From positions 164,407,413 to 164,471,412 of the forward strand of contig NC_068982.1 in NCBI RefSeq assembly GCF_001194135.2: DNA of 64,000 nt. The letters are read 5' to 3'. The position numbers were made by a program, and so were the translations under genes. Below are positions 27,555 through 40,290 of the stretch, in pieces. A model generated the notes under the pieces. The model saw only the letters and a list, made by a program, of their open reading frames with translations. It made no database searches and was not told the DNA's origin. Each line of letters opens with the position of its first letter. Position 1 is the stretch's first letter. The stretch is from Octopus bimaculoides. Taxonomy: Eukaryota.

Positions 27555-27739
27555 GTCATTTGACTGTTCCACCCTGGAGCACCGCCATTAGTCGAACAAA
27601 TTGTCCCCAGAACTTATTCTTTATAAGTCTGGTACTTATTCTATCGGTCTCTTTTGCCGAATAGCTAAGTTTCGGGGTCATAAACACACCAACATCGCAT
27701 GTCAAGTGACGGTTGAGGGGACAAACACAGTCCAGTCAC

Positions 27740-27780
<41 letters not shown>

Positions 27781-28020
27781 NNNNNNNNNNTCTTTGTGTT
27801 CCTTTCAGTTGAAGAGCGTAGATCGAAACGTCAAAGACTTTCTCTATTCCCGAGAGTTAAACTAATACATCCATTTGTTGTTTACACCACCTGTCTTCGT
27901 CTGTTGTTTTTTTCGTAAATTCTCCCATATATATATATATATATACTACGGGCTTCTTTCAGTTTCCGTCTACCAAATCAATTCCCAAGGCTTTGATCAG
28001 CCCTGGGCTATAGTAAAAAG
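27555..28020 (-). mobile_element. SINE type A lacking its head, interrupted at the internal (AT)n by an insert
   Basis: 27555-27742 is the reverse complement of the 3' half and 27947-28020 of the 5' body of the 14247 copy; the insert 27791-27926 lies between them. Confidence 0.8.
27791..27926 (+). mobile_element. Penelope-type terminal-repeat fragment with hammerhead-like core
   Basis: TTGAAGAG-CGTAGAT-CGAAAC-GTC followed by AAACTAATACA; homologous to 35184-35372; embedded in (AT)n. Confidence 0.5.
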
Positions 28021-28021
28021 A

Positions 28022-28157
28022 TTACTCATTTTTGCCAGCTGAGTGGACTGTAGCAATATGAATGAGTTTTGCTCAAGAACACAACGCGTCGCTCTGTCCA
28101 GGAATCGAAACTATAATCTTACGATCATAGTCCCACACATCAGCCACTAAGCCCCGC
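28022..28157 (-). mobile_element. tRNA-derived SINE, type C (head plus central domain)
   Basis: Minus strand: GGCTTAGTGGCT (A box), GTTTCGATTCC (B box), then TTGTGTTCTTGAGCAAAAC..CAGTCCACTCAGCTGGCAAAAATGAGT. The core also occurs at 54170-54340 and 62108-62395. Confidence 0.75.
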
Positions 28158-28199
28158 AACTTTGCCATAAAGGGATGAGATGGAATTCATAAAATGATG

Positions 28200-28750
28200 G
28201 TGGACGGACACAGATGGGGGCAAATGGTTAGAAACAAGATGAAATGTTTCTGCAGGGTTATAAGACGGGAGTGAGAAAGTGTGTGAGTTTGTGACAATAA
28301 TCACTGACTAAAATTGTGGAAAAAGTTACTGATGAAGCTCATGGGAAGGCCAGCTTCTGGTAGATGTTGCTGATATACGTGCAGCGCATAACAATGCCAT
28401 ATAGAGCAGGAGATAAATCATTTTACAGAAATACAGCTGTGGAACAAAAACTAGAAGGTTTAAAGCAAAATTTAACGTGAGAAAAACTGCTTGATTACCG
28501 AGATGAAAGAAGTAATCGTAATTGGTAAAAAAATATCAGCAACATTCGTAAAACATCCTGCGAAGTATTAGCAAAAAGTGACCAGGAAAATGATAGATTC
28601 CTGGAAGCAGGAGAGCTATTTTTAGATCAAAATAAAAGCCAGATATTTTGTATATGTGGTCAAGAGAGGAAAGAAAATGGAAGTGAGAGAGGAAATAAAA
28701 TAGTCATTCTTGAGAGAAGAATGGATGTAAGTGGGGAAACAGAAATAGTA
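28200..28750 (+). mobile_element. Possible highly degenerate RTE-like LINE remnant
   Basis: Faint W*ML..AD and GLK..FNVRKT motifs in shifted frames. Confidence 0.3.
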
Positions 28751-31379
28751 GTATGTGTGCATGGAGGGACGTCAACAAGCTGTAGAAGGAGTACCAATCA
28801 TGTGCAAAGAGTAGGAAAAATTGAGTAATTCATGGCGTTAACCGAAACGGGGCACATTGAAGAATAAAGGAATGTATCTGAATGAGCAGTATGCGGTTGC
28901 GCGCGTGTGATCGTCTGAAGTACTGGTGCGTCGGGATATGTGTATATCCTCATATCAGTGTTTCTGTGCATGTTGAATGTGAGTGCAAGTGAAAGGTGTG
29001 AATGGACAGACAAACTTTCGACTTGCCAGTGATCTGCAGGTGTGTGTATTTCTGCATTCTAGTGTGATGTGTGTGTCACAGAGTCAAGTCAATAGTCCAA
29101 TAGAGGTGTTTATGAGTCAACTGTGGGTGGTGGCTATGTATGCACGCACATGCTGACATGCCTATGTGGGCATGCATACGCATGCTCGTGTCTGTGTGTG
29201 TGTGTGTGTGTGGTGGGGGGTATGTATTCACGTGCATGCTGGTGTGTGTCTAGGGGATAGAATGTATGCACGCGCATACTGGAGTATGTATGTGTGTCAA
29301 AGATGTACGATGTCAAGGCAAAAGAGATGTGTTGATGCGTGTATCAGTGAATGGTGCAAATGTTTTGGGAAGAATGACCGGACGGGGATGTTTGTAAGTC
29401 TTTGTACGCAGGTTTGCTGTCCTGTTAGTGTTTGAGACAAGTGTGTGTCTAAAGTGGGGTAGGCAGAGTGTGAGGTGTGGGTTAGTGAGTAAGCGTGACA
29501 ATGGCAGATAAGAAAAAGGAGAATATACATGATGCAGTAAGGTGTGGTTTCACGGGTATATGGCTTCTACTTCAATCAGTTCTACCTACCTTCAAAATGT
29601 CTACCGCGTTACCACATCTTTACAGTTACAAAAAATAGGATGGCATTTGAGATTGATTCAGCAATCACTTCAGTCAGAACATGAAATGACATACTGGGAA
29701 CACTCGTTCAATCACACCTATAGACATATATAATGCCAACTGATGAATAGCTTACTAATTTCTTTCGTTTTAAATACCTTCATTGGACACAATTTTAATA
29801 GAAGACAACATTCATTTTGTTGTCTTACGTAGAAGTATATGCTTAATTTATAGATCGCATTGTTATTTTCTGATGCTGGTTAACAAGATAAGGGCAGCTT
29901 AGAGGTAAGTTATTGACAGAGACATTCTGTGTAGTGCACTCACCACTTATTATTGATATATATGTATTGCAATAATTACGAAGTTCTCTATTTGGAAACT
30001 GAGATTCTATTTTAAACTGTTTATAATTCAGTAATTACATCGTTTAGATTTAGTACTCGTTTGCTAGATTCACTGTTGTTCATGAAAAAGTGTTGTAAGA
30101 AAAAGCGTTGCCAACAACTGATTAGATGATGAGTGCGTTATTCGCATTTGAAACTTTCATTATCATCAACTCCCTTTTCTAGTCTCCTATATCTTTCGTC
30201 GTGTGTTTCTCTCTATCTCTATTTGTTTCTCGTCCACTATTCCAAAGAGCGAGAGAAAGCTAGGGAGCCAGAAAATAAAAGATGGAAACGAAAAGAAAAA
30301 CAGAATCTGTCGGCGAAGAAACGTAATATGGAATCTCTTCTTTACTTACATTATCCTTCATTTTCATCATTTTTGCATTTTTACTACAAGCCAATACTAT
30401 CCTATTTCAATTTCTTCCATCTTTTTCTAATTCATGTTTTCGATGTATAATAAGACAGAGATGTGCTTGCGCATCTAATGTAAATGTTGGAATTATGTTT
30501 CTAACTCACATATTTCAACGATCAGTCGTATAGTTTAGTTAATGTTGCGGCTGATTCGATAAACTTCTTTATTTCATTGGAAAGAAAAACGATAGATAGA
30601 TCATAAGGGCATAAGAAATATAATGTTAGTAGATCGTAACTAAGTATAATCAGTCACAGAACGTGTGACGCACGCTTAATGGAAAGCAAATAAATCATTT
30701 GAAATATATTCATAAGCATTCTGTAGATTTTCTATCGATTAAAATCCGTTTATATTTGAAACTCATATATTTAAGCAGAAAGTTTTATTTTTCATTTCTT
30801 GACTGAATGTATTTCATAATAGACCTATTTTCAATCGTCTTGAAACATAGTATTTCATTTTGGTACAACCAGACACTTTAATTTTAACAAAGCACATGCA
30901 CTAAATATCTTTATTTTATTATACAGTAAAAAAAGATCAATATATTCGTCTACCACTGGTTTTATTTATTCTGTTGCACTAGAGCATTTCTAATTCAATT
31001 TGCTATTGTATTTATAATAGTTCAAGGGAAAGATTTAGCATAATCTGAAATAAGGTAGATATTGGAAAATTGAGATTTATTATACAGTTCCTTTGCTCAG
31101 CATCGCAGTCGCAACACATGCAAACATTTCTGAATATTTTCAACTAGAAAAAGAAAACATTGATTTAAAGTAATTGTATGCAATTTCATGGGAATACTAA
31201 AATGATTTAAATGCCGTCTTGTTTACAATAAATTATACCGATGTAAAAATACAGATCTATAAAAGTGCTTTAACATAGGTGCTCACACAATCATGATCAC
31301 AAATACATACACATTGGCTTATATATGCATGGAGTTCTCGGCCAATTTGCTCTGAAGAAATCGGAGATAAACCTCTCTA

Positions 31380-31920
31380 ATTTCAACGTCAGCGCATCTG
31401 ATACATTTCTCGAAGAAATTGTTAACGTTCATTATCTTCGATGTTTCCTTTTCAAGGATGTTTCCTTTTGTGAATGGGATATGGAACACAGAACTGGATG
31501 ATCCTTGTCAGCACTAGGGAAACTTATAGAAAGGATACTTAAGAATAAACATTTGACCCTAAAACATAAGACTGGTGCTTTATGAAGTTATCGTCGTCCT
31601 TGCAGTATTATCATATGCTTGTGAAACATGAACACTTTATCGTAAGGATACCAAAATCACGAGCCTTTTCATAAAAGTTCAGTGCCATCTTCAACAACAA
31701 ATAGGAGGTTTACATGAGTATCACCACTGTTTAGGAAGCCAATTGTTGGACTATGGAGTTAACTATAATGAAATATCATGTGATTAGAATGAAATAGGGT
31801 AGATTCCCCGTCAAATCCTCTCCTGTGACTAAACTACCGAGAAGGCCTACGAGGAGATCCTTATCCAAGTTTAAAATGACCAGCTAAATTTAATCACCGA
31901 AATGGCTGAAATTCAGGCAC
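31380..31920 (+). mobile_element. Degenerate RTE-clade LINE 3' fragment
   Basis: YEVIVVLAVLSYACET*TLYRK (cf. YKAVVL..LLYACETWTLY..) preceded by LGKL..RILKNKHLTLK. Confidence 0.6.
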
Positions 31921-32219
31921 AAAATGTTTAAAATGTGAAGAAGAATACTGCTGGCGTTCTGTCATCACAGGAACTGACTCTTTGAAATCAAGTTAAAATA
32001 AAAACTAACGAACACTTGAAGAATATAAAATGCACCAAATACAATTACTCCGTCTATCGAACATTTACATACCCATATTTATTCCCACCTGTTTCACACT
32101 GAGATTGAACCCACTCAGTAAGCAATGTTACCAAAATTAATGTGGAGGAGTAATCCATTTAGGAGGAAATTGAAATTCTTGGGTACGAGGTATAGCGGTT
32201 GATAGCAATAATATATATA

Positions 32220-32300
32220 TCTACTATATAAATGAGAATGTGAGTGCATAGTATATGTGTATGTCATCAAAAGGCTCCGAAACTGTGCGTTTTAGAGAAA
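32220..32300 (+). mobile_element. Possible Helitron 5' terminus
   Basis: A|TCTACTATATAAATGAGAATG..CTCCGAAAC resembles the TC-starting ends of non-autonomous Helitrons. No matching hairpin/CTAG 3' end was located. Confidence 0.3.
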
Positions 32301-33986
32301 AAAGAATTTGATTTTCGAAATATACGCCCTAAGAAAGTTTTTAGCTATTAGTAATCAAAAATATACGAGAGCTAAATCAACTTTCATTGATAAAGAAGCA
32401 AGTGCACTAACCATTTGGTGCTTGAAATTTATTGCGTTCCAGGCCCATAGTGACGTGTTGATCACAAAGTTGAATAATTGTGCGCAGTTTCGGAAACATA
32501 TCCATTGCAACAAAGTTCTAAAATCCTTTCCCTTAGCTTGATTTTAATTTGTCTTATTAGTGCTGTGCAGTTTATGGTTTTGTCACAGGGTAGGCGAAGT
32601 TATTATGAACTCGTCTTCCTTTAATATCCATTCTCTCATAATATTTCTGTAACGCTAAAATACTGCTCGGGTGTGTGGTTTGTGTTTTATTTTCCACATT
32701 CAGATATACTTTCTCACTGATTATATGCTTATTGACTAATCCTGAATAGAAACTGAAAGTGTAAAGATTAATTACATTAATGTTTACTTACTCCTTCAAT
32801 TTGCATATCCACCATTTTTCTTGATAGCTATTTCTTATATCAAATAACTTGTGCGTTAAAAGTGTTTTTTTACATCCATATATATTTCTAGCTATCTCCA
32901 TAAGTTGTAGCGAATGTAGATATTGCGTCTAAATTTACAATATGTTCATGAACTGAAAGAGAACGAAAATCTTTCATGCATTACGGATACGTTCAGTAGT
33001 ACATTATAGGAAAGACACGAAACGTTGGTAATACATCAGGAATTAAATATTTGAACTAGCTGTGAAGAAGTTCTTCAATGTACAAATTGATCTATCCGGT
33101 TTAATTGAGCCATTAATATCAGTGAGTTTATAGGTGGATATTAAAAGACAGTGCACAGCTGTTTATATTACTCCAAACAGAGTTGAAATATGTTGAACAT
33201 ACAGCTATTCCCGAACATGTATTATATATAGACATAACATACTTTGTTAGCTAATAAAAATCTACAGAAGTATTCTATAGCACATTATCGCAATCATAAA
33301 AACTTAAACGTATCATAAAAACTTAAACTGCAGTGAACACCTTAATACGTCCGTGTAGTTTTCATTGGAAGTATTCCCGAAATTTTGGTGGTGAGGAAAC
33401 CGTATGTTAGAAAACGAAGAGTATAAAGACAAAAATGCATGAAAATGATCTAAACGCAAACAGACTATCCAGTACTGACGCAGACATCGTTGGCAGTTCA
33501 AAAGCAAGCAGGATAGTCGCGTGTGCGCATCAAATGACCGAAGAAGGATAGCTGACAATTGTTTATTCGTCTTCTATTCGTATATATTTAATAAATTAAA
33601 CAATCCATATTTTTAATATCATTCTCTTTCTCCAGACTATGTATATATGTTTTGTGTGCTTACATTTATGCTTTATAAAATAGAAATTGAAATGAATACA
33701 TCTATCTACACGCATAATTGTGCCTCAAGAGATATAATCATATCAGTATATCTAAATGTAACCAGTGTACATAGTCTTAAGTTTGGTGATTACTTGAATT
33801 AATTTAATAAACTAATTAGTATGACGACCTCTTATATAGTTCCCGTCTGTTACACTTCACTCTCAAGTATATTGGTTAATGTGAGGCTAAAGAAGATAAT
33901 ACTTGTCCACAGTCACAGGAAGCGGATCAGAAACGAAGGCACGAGGTTGTGAAGCGAAATTCTCAGCTACAGAGACATAGTTCATG

Positions 33987-34235
33987 CTTGCAAACACACA
34001 CACACACACGTCGCAAACGCACACGCACACGCACACGCATGCACACACAAAGGTATACACGCACAGACACGCACACACAAACACGATCTGTCTTCCTCTG
34101 CTTCTCTATATCTCTCTCCTTCTGCGTCTCTATATCACTCTTCCTCTCTCTGCCTCTGTATCTCTGTCACTCTGTCTCTCTCTTTATATATATACAATAT
34201 GTACACACACATACATATGTATGTATGTGTATGAA
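33987..34235. repeat. Degenerate (CA)n/(CT)n/(TA)n compound microsatellite
   Basis: Direct inspection. Confidence 0.85.
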
Positions 34236-35154
34236 GCATGTGAATATACACATGTATAGCAAACATAATTTTTCCATCTTGATACGCTTCAACATAAATC
34301 ATAGTTACTCATATGCCCAATAACTTTCTAATTCCATATTGAGTTCAGTTTTGCTGTTCGACAATTACAAAATGTAACTACGTAACTATATGTTTATCGT
34401 TTTCCCATTCAAACTAAATTATAGGATTGCACGAAAGCAAAACGTTTAATCATTCCTAAAACTAGTCGACTTTCTAAATGGCTGTAATCCCATCTGTTTA
34501 AAAGCCCTTTATACCAATGGCATATATATTACATTTATTATATATATTTTCTTATATTTTCCTGACAATAATAAGTCTAAATTTCAGCTACAAATAATTA
34601 TACATTTTCATATATATAATTAGTGAAAAGCCCAGAACCATCGATGATTAAAATAACGTGTAACATTTATATTTAACACGTTGGTGTACTTTCAAACGTG
34701 AAAGTAAGATGAGTATTGCAAAAGTATCGGAAGAAATATTCTACTTATTAAACAATATATGTGAAAACACACTGACCTGTACTATGAATGTCGTCATCCA
34801 ACTATATGACACGTATTTCTGCGTCGTTACACCTAATCCATCGCTCATAGACCATACGAAAAACCGCTCATTTTTCTCAACAGCAAATAATTAATGTTCT
34901 GGTGCATGAAACCCTTTGTCAAGTTCAAATTTATTAAAATCACACTGATTTACGATGATCAAAATATAGCTGTATATAGTAATATTTAACATGTCCGTCA
35001 CTGCAGAAAAGATCAAGCACAGTCTAACTTGGAGCATTTTCATACATGCATATTTTTCGGAGAGTATTTCTTCCGGGACACAAGAACCTCCGTGAAGGTC
35101 TTTCCATATTTGACTACAAACGAAGTTGTAAAAAACAAAACCACTCATCTTTGC

Positions 35155-35183
<29 letters not shown>

Positions 35184-35185
<2 letters not shown>

Positions 35186-35372
35186 CGTCTGTTGATGATT
35201 TTCTTTTCTTCTTTGGACTTTTCCATTTTTTCGGTTTCATTTCCGACTAAGAGCTATGCGCCAGACATCAACAAATTTTCTCTTTTTACTGAGCGTCAAA
35301 CTAATAAATTCCCTGTGCACGTCCCCTTGTTTGTTATTGATAATTTTAACGTTCGTTTATTCGATTTGACTA
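35184..35372 (+). mobile_element. Penelope-type terminal-repeat fragment, diverged relative of 27791-27926
   Basis: TAAGAGCTATGCGCCAGACATCAACAAATTTTCTCTTTTTACTGAGCGTCAAACTAATAAATTCC aligns with GAAGAGCGTAGATCGAAACGTCAAAGACTTTCTCTATTCCCGAGAGTTAAACTAATACATCC; flanked by (AT)n. Confidence 0.5.
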
Positions 35373-35774
35373 TATATANNNNNNNNNNNNNNNNNNNNNN
35401 NNNNNNNNNNNNNNNNNNNNNNNNNNNNNNNNNNNNNNNNNNNNNNNNNNNNNNNNNNNNNNNNNNNNNNNNNNNNNNNNNNNNNNNNNNNNNNNNNNNN
35501 NNNNNNNNNNNNNNNNNNNNNNNNNNNNNNNNNNNNNNNNNNNNNNNNNNNNNNNNNNNNNNNNNNNNNNNNNNNNNNNNNNNNNNNNNNNNNNNNNNNN
35601 NNNNNNNNNNNNNNNNNNNNNNNNNNNNNNNNNNNNNNNNNNNNNNNNNNNNNNNNNNNNNNNNNNNNNNNNNNNNNNNNNNNNNNNNNNNNNNNNNNNN
35701 NNNNNNNNNNNNNNNNNNNNNNNNNNNNNNNNNNNNNNNNNNNNNNNNNNNNNNNNNNNNNNNNNNNNNNNNNN

Positions 35775-35831
35775 TATATATATATATATATTTATATATA
35801 AATATATATATATATATATACATACATATAC

Positions 35832-35862
<31 letters not shown>

Positions 35863-35946
35863 TATGTATGTATATATACATATACATATACATATATATA
35901 TACATATACATACATACATACATACATGCATGCATACATACATACA

Positions 35947-35975
<29 letters not shown>
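35775..35975. repeat. (AT)n/(ATAC)n microsatellite
   Basis: Direct inspection. Confidence 0.95.
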
Positions 35976-35977
<2 letters not shown>

Positions 35978-37898
35978 GTCATATGGTTTTATGTTATACA
36001 TGGCTACTTGTGATTGAAACGAGACTGCAGTCTAACAGGTGTAGCGGTTTTTCAATAATCGATGGCATTTGATAACCAACTCTGTCTAACACAATGCCAT
36101 GAATTAAACATTGTAGTAAGTTCGAAATTATGATGACTTCCAGGACCTGCTACAGTCACTCATTATCAAGCAACGGAGTGAATATGAATGCCTGTCTCTC
36201 CAAAATAGAATCATGCTGCAGAGCTTAGCGTGTGGGTAAACAAGGAATGTTTTGTATAATAGATAACCTGGATATGGCATTACTTGCGACAAGATTATAA
36301 TAGATAAAAATTTATTTCTTTTATTAACCTTTAACATTAAAATTCTAAATTCAACATCTAAATTAGGTGAACTCATTCTATTGGCAGCAGAGTATTAAAT
36401 TGAAATAATTTGCATAAAGGGACATGGGAACTTGTATGATTATGTTCCAATTCGTCATAAAATTTGGGAAATGCTTCTCCCGAGTTCAAGCGTAAAAATG
36501 GGAAACAATTCAATCATCACAAGTCTAGGATTACTCCTGAGTCCAATGACTTATAAATCTTGAAAGCTTTACTTCCTGAATAATAGCTGCTTCATTTGAA
36601 TGGGAATACAAGTACAATTGTAATATCATGCTATTGATCAATGCAACTAGTGAAATTTTATTGCAATCTCACTGACCTGAATGAAGCAACTCTAAACACA
36701 ATGGCAAAGTTATTGGAGGCGATACGAATACAAAAACTAGGCAGGGTGTTCTATTTACCAGACTATTTCCTAGACTTCAAAGGAGAATGTGAAGTGATCA
36801 ATTTCTCTGTATAATACACAAAATGTTAAGTTTTGGACGTTTTCATTTTTAAATAACTCTAGTGCACAAATGGGTCACATTCTAATAAACAATATATGGG
36901 GAAAATGTACAATAAATAGCGAAACTAGAGCATGTTACCTTTTTCTATAAATGCTAAACTAACAGAACTGTAACTCGTAAGTTCATGGTGAGCTTGGGAA
37001 TAACAAAATACTTAAATAAAAATAGAGTATCATATGACTGAAGAAAACTTACCATCATTGCAGTATGAAATTTATATAGAGAATCGTTGTTGAAATTCCA
37101 ATGGAGGAGCCTTGAATTTAGGTAGGAAACCGGATCTTTCTCTATTGGCAAAACACCTTGAAATAAAACTGAATAATTGTATACATATATACACACATAC
37201 ATACATGCACATATACAGACAGATATACAAATATATATACATGTATACATGTATATATATATATATATATATNNNNNNNNNNNNNNNNNNNNNNNNNNNN
37301 NNNNNNNNNNNNNNNNNNNNNNNNNNNNNNNNNNNNNNNNNNNNNNNNNNNNNNNNNNNNNNNNNNNNNNNNNNNNNNNNNNNNNNNNNNNNNNNNNNNN
37401 NNNNNNNNNNNNNNNNNNNNNNNNNNNNNNNNNNNNNNNNNNNNNNNNNNNNNNNNNNNNNNNNNNNNNNNNNNNNNNNNNNNNNNNNNNNNNNNNNNNN
37501 NNNNNNNNNNNNNNNNNNNNNNNNNNNNNNNNNNNNNNNNNNNNNNNNNNNNNNNNNNNNNNNNNNNNNNNNNNNNNNNNNNNNNNNNNNNNNNNNNNNN
37601 NNNNNNNNNNNNNNNNNNNNNNNNNNNNNNNNNNNNNNNNNNNNNNNNNNNNNNNNNNNNNNNNNNNNNNNNNNNNNNNNNNNNNNNNNNNNNNNNNNNN
37701 NNNNNNNNNNNNNNNNNNNNNNNNNNNNNNNNNNNNNNNNNNNNNNNNNNNNNNNNNNNNNNNNNNNNNNNNNNNNNNNNNNNNNNNNNNNNNNNNNNNN
37801 NNNNNNNNNNNNNNNNNNNNNNNNNNNNNNNNNNNNNNNNNNNNNNNNNNNNNNNNNNNNNNNNNNNNNNNNNNNNNNNNNNNNNNNNNNNNNNNNNN

Positions 37899-39091
37899 TA
37901 TCTATAAAACCGCCAAAAGCTTGTTTATTTTTATGTTTTTGATTTATTATGAGTGTTGCTTCACATGTGTTTCAAAAATAGCTGTTTCTTTTCAGATATC
38001 ATCAGGAAAAGGTAATTAAAATTCATTAAAACGACAGATCTCTCGGACTTTCAAAGAGGTCAAATTGTTGGTGTTCGTATGACAGGTGCTATCGTAACGA
38101 AAACAGCCGAAATGTTTGTGTATCAAGAAGTACTGTCTCGAAAGTAATGACAGCCTTTGAGAAAGAGGGTAAAAGCTCCATGTCGAAACAAAACTCCGGA
38201 AGAAAACCAAAACTTTCAAATAGGAACCGTCGGACTCTTACATGAATTGTTAGAAAGGATCACAAAAGTACAGCTCCCAAAATTAATGCAAAGCTTAATC
38301 ATCACCTCGAGAACCCTGTTTCCACAAAAACTGTTCGCCGGGAACCGCACAAAGCCGTATTTCACTGGAGGGCTGCAGTCAGAAAACCACTACTTTCAAA
38401 AGTAAACATTGCAAAGCGTTTAGAGTGGAGTAAAAACCTACAGAATTGGTCCCTACAGCAGTGGAAGAATGTTATTTTCTCGGATTAGTCATACTTTACT
38501 TTATATCCGACCATCGGCCAAGTATACGTGTGGAGACAGCCAAAAGAAGCATTTGACCCAGAGTGCCTTCTTCCAACAGTTAAGCATGGAGAAGTACCTG
38601 TGATGATCTGGGAAGCTATATCTTGGAGATTCGCCGGCCCAATGGTTTCCCTTCATGGCAGAATTAATAGTCAAGTCTATTTCAGCATTTTCTCTGATCA
38701 AATTTATCCTGTGGTTGCAGAATTGTTTTCAGAGGGAAACGCAAACATTCAGGATGATAATGCACCAATCCACACAGCTAAAGTTGTTACTGAATGGCAC
38801 GAGGAAAATTCTAGTGAAGTTGAACATGTTATCTGGCCACCACCAGACCTCAATATTATTGAACGTTTATGGTGCATTAAAAACAAAAAAAAGTAAGGAT
38901 TCGATACCCTCCACCATCATCACTACAAGAACTGGATATTGTTTTAGCAGAAGAATGGACAACAATTTCTTTGTCTGAGTCCATACCTCATAGAATTCAA
39001 GCTGTAATTACTGCCAAAGGCGGTCCTACCCCATAGTAAAATAAATTTGTTTGAAATTGTAAGGTATTTCCATTATTTTGTTTAAACCCTG
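37899..39091 (+). mobile_element. Tc1 (DD34E-type) transposon with inactivated transposase; left end in gap
   Basis: TDLSDFQRGQIVG (start codon reads ACG), SGRKPKLS, VIFSD*S, VWRQPKEAFDPECLLPTVKHG, QDDNAPIH..WPP-PDLNIIE (two codons short of canonical WPPQSPDLN). The right end ..AAACCCTG is followed by TA at 39092-39093. Confidence 0.9.
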
Positions 39092-39561
39092 TAAGTGCAA
39101 ACAAGAGAGATTAGATTAAGCAAACACGCACTTTTACATAATACAATTTTTTCCTCACCATTTTAGCAGGAGATACTTGCCGAAATATTATTATGTAGTA
39201 GATTAAATATATTACATATATTACATTGCATGAATATTATTTCAGTAACACAGGTAAAGCGATCGACAAGGTGAATAAAAGAAAACTGGATTGATACATA
39301 CACACAAACATGCAGACGTACTGACATGCATACATACATACACGCACACATACATACACATATATATTCAGATACATACATAAATATATACATAGATACA
39401 CGCATATATATATATAAATGCATATACATCCACACATAAATACATATAGGGATATGTCTCCTTATAGCTATATTCATAACCTACGATGTATTTGTACTTC
39501 TATTACTGTTGGATTATCAACGTTAGACGATTACGTCCTTCACGCTGTGTACACACAAACA

Positions 39562-39564
<3 letters not shown>

Positions 39565-39620
<56 letters not shown>
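39565..39620. repeat. (AT)n microsatellite
   Basis: Direct inspection. Confidence 0.97.
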
Positions 39621-39622
<2 letters not shown>

Positions 39623-40290
39623 AATATATTATAAATTAACTACCAACAAAAATAATTGGTAAGCTAACTTAAAAAATCATCACCTAAATAGCAGAAAAAA
39701 ACGACAGTGAAGATATGCAGACTCTTCAAGAATCGATCCTTTTGGTTATATTAATAATAATAAAGGAGTTACGACGCAAAAACGTATAAATTCAAAAGAA
39801 CATATTTATCTTCTTCAATATATATTTCAGTATAAAGAATTCATTAAGATGCTTAAATCAAAATTTCTTTACACATCATTCAGGAACAGATATAACATCA
39901 GAAAAAGTACACTCCGTTTAAAAACACAAACTGTTCATGGCGAAAAAATTTCACAATTACAAAAAACGAACAAAATTTTTAAAGTTTTAGCAAAAAGAAC
40001 GCTATTACCTACATACAGGCATCCTCGTGTGCGCCCGTGTGAGTGTGTGTGTATGTATGTAGATAATCTAAATAATAACAAACAAAAACCCAAAGAAATA
40101 CTTTAACATATCTTTAACTTTGCTTACAACGCCAGTTGATGCAAGCGCTCGTAGAGAAAATTTACGTAATATTTGCAGTTTTAGATATTAGACTGGCACG
40201 TCATCAGACTTGCATCAAAGGTGCACTCTTATATTTTGCGTCTTCCATACATTATTTTAGTTTATATTGGTAGGAAACAAAAAGTAGATA

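Noticed and set aside
33370-33560. GC-richer patch with a SRVCAS peptide vaguely like a THAP motif
   Set aside because: The other THAP Cys/Trp/His residues are absent and the frames contain stops.
40130-40220. 10-bp inverted repeat TTGATGCAAG/CTTGCATCAA
   Set aside because: Too short, with an unpaired 60-nt loop; not a pre-miRNA-like hairpin or a convincing MITE.
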